NCBI RefSeq assembly: GCF_001194135.2
Contig: NC_069004.1
Location: 25,065,857-25,113,722, forward strand
DNA from: Octopus bimaculoides
Lineage: Eukaryota
DNA length: 47,866 nucleotides
Reading direction: 5' to 3'
Made by a program: the position numbers and the translations under genes. The first letter of the stretch is position 1. Each line of letters starts with the position of its first letter. The notes beneath the pieces are model-generated. The model was not told the DNA's origin, ran no database searches, and worked only from the letters and a program-made list of their open reading frames with translations. Positions 45,878-47,866 of this stretch are shown here, one piece after another.

Positions 45878-46050
45878 GGTGGCGAGCTGGCAAAAACGTT
45901 CTGAGTTCCAATTCCGCTGAGGTCAACTTTGTCTTTTATCCTTTCGGAATCGATAAAATAAATACCAGTTGAGCACTAAGGTCGATGTAATCGACGTAAC
46001 ACCTCTCCTCAAAATAAACTGCCGATGTGCTAAAATTTGTAATCATTATT
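45878..46050 (+). mobile_element. SINE family B, internally deleted, tail type 2
   Basis: ggtggcgagctggcaaaaacgtt joined to ctgagttcc across an acgtt microhomology; tail gtgctaaaatttgtaatcattatt. Confidence 0.85.
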
Positions 46051-46674
46051 AACACTCGTGTTGTTTTATACTTGCCCCGTTTTCTTTTTATGCTCATTAA
46101 TTTAATTTTATTTTGTAGCCGTCTTTGACAATGACTGTACTTCACCGTCCAATATCCTTCTTGAAGAGAATGTCCCTAAAGGTAACTATATACTGTAATC
46201 AAGCTTAATCTGCCCAACTCTCTCAGGTAAAGTAGCCTTTCAATGTTAAACTGCTGGATTTAACTGCATGTTTGACGATCGTTGCCGCTGGAGTATAATT
46301 CTACGTTATAGACTTTTCTTCTCGTAAGAACTCTAATACATTTTATTAGCTTGTTTAGATTTTTATACACGTGGTTGCACATTTAGCTTTAAAATGCATC
46401 TAAAGAGCAGGTTGATTAGTCGCAGGCAGTTTAGCTTAAAGGTAAAGCGCTTGATTGTGGCTTTATCAAGAGATATGGGTTCGAGTCTCATAGATGTTTG
46501 TTGATAAATTTTTCCGCTTTGTAAGGGTAATTTACCCAATGTTTCTGCTGTTCTAAAAGCGTCTCTGTATTCCAAAATAAATCATCGTTTCATTTGTATC
46601 TTAATATACACATTCAGTGCATACAAAAACCAAATTCTAGTTTATTTATATACATTTTATTTAAGGTTTGTCTT

Positions 46675-47143
<469 letters not shown>

Positions 47144-47269
47144 GGTCTTTTGCGCCTATGAATAAATAGATTCTATTTGTAACGAATGAATGGGAATTTG
47201 GACAAATTAATTATAGATTTCGTCATGTGTAAGCAAACATAACTTTGTTTTTGAAGCATTAAGATGTAT

Positions 47270-47508
47270 TGTAGAATAAGTAGAAATATTTTCAACACAT
47301 ACTAAACAGTATATATAAAGAATAAAATCAACACATACCAAACAGTATATATAAAGAATAACATCAACACATACTAAACAGTATATATAAAGAATAAAAT
47401 CCTTTTAGCAACAGAAAATGTTTTGCTCTTAAAAGGATTTTATCCTATATATTTATATACTGTTTAGTATTTACGCGTTGAAAATATATCCTTCTACTTG
47501 TTCTAAAC
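47270..47508. mobile_element. AT-rich hairpin/MITE-like element with a 36-bp unit triplicated in the left arm
   Basis: Units at 47292, 47328 and 47364; 47432-47508 is an imperfect reverse complement of one arm. Confidence 0.7.
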
Positions 47509-47559
47509 TTAATTATAATTGTTATGTAGACGCTAAATAGATTCTTTTATGTTTTACGT

Positions 47560-47700
47560 TTTACTGATTTCAGTCATTGGACTGCGGCCATGCTGGGGTA
47601 TTGCGTTTAAGGCTGTAGTCGAACAAATCAACCCCAGTACTATTTATTTAAAATTCGGTACTTGTTCTATCGGACACTTTTTTCGAGACGTAAGCAAATT
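47560..47700 (-). mobile_element. SINE family A 3' fragment
   Basis: tttcagtcattggactgcggccatgctgggg..tagtcgaacaaatcaacccc. Confidence 0.8.
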
Positions 47701-47792
47701 ACTGAGACGTAAGCAAACTGTCACAGTTTATCTCCCAGTTGGGTGTACATACATCAATCCAAACACACACACACACGTATCTATTTATCTAC

Positions 47793-47866
<74 letters not shown>

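Noticed and set aside
47292-47399. 36-bp direct repeats of CRISPR-like length
   Set aside because: Head-to-tail with no spacers, eukaryotic context, no cas genes.

Overview
AT-rich, repeat-dominated animal genomic DNA from a short-read-type scaffold. It has 13 N-gaps, most bordered by microsatellites. The repeat families match what I recall of octopus (coleoid cephalopod) genomes; this is an inference. I recognise no intact host gene. Most ORFs in the track are microsatellite or N-gap artefacts, and the recognisable protein remnants all come from transposons. Contents: (i) about 30 copies or fragments of three tRNA-headed SINE families, labelled A, B and C here; (ii) relics of restriction-like-endonuclease (RLE, R4/Dong-type) LINEs, including four same-strand 3' ends chained through (CATA)n and one 3' end sitting in (TAA)n; (iii) an RTE-type LINE fragment with an internal inversion inside one candidate TSD; (iv) two mariner relics, a DD37D/maT-like relic, a Chapaev3-like element with both ends, and foldback MITEs; (v) Penelope-type ends carrying minimal hammerhead ribozyme motifs. 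The best lead is at 31635-32232. It is a head-to-head inverted pair of a composite unit: tRNA-like Pol III head, then (AAT)n, then an intact-core minimal hammerhead. Hammerhead variants or relics occur in other repeat families at 13026 and 40486.
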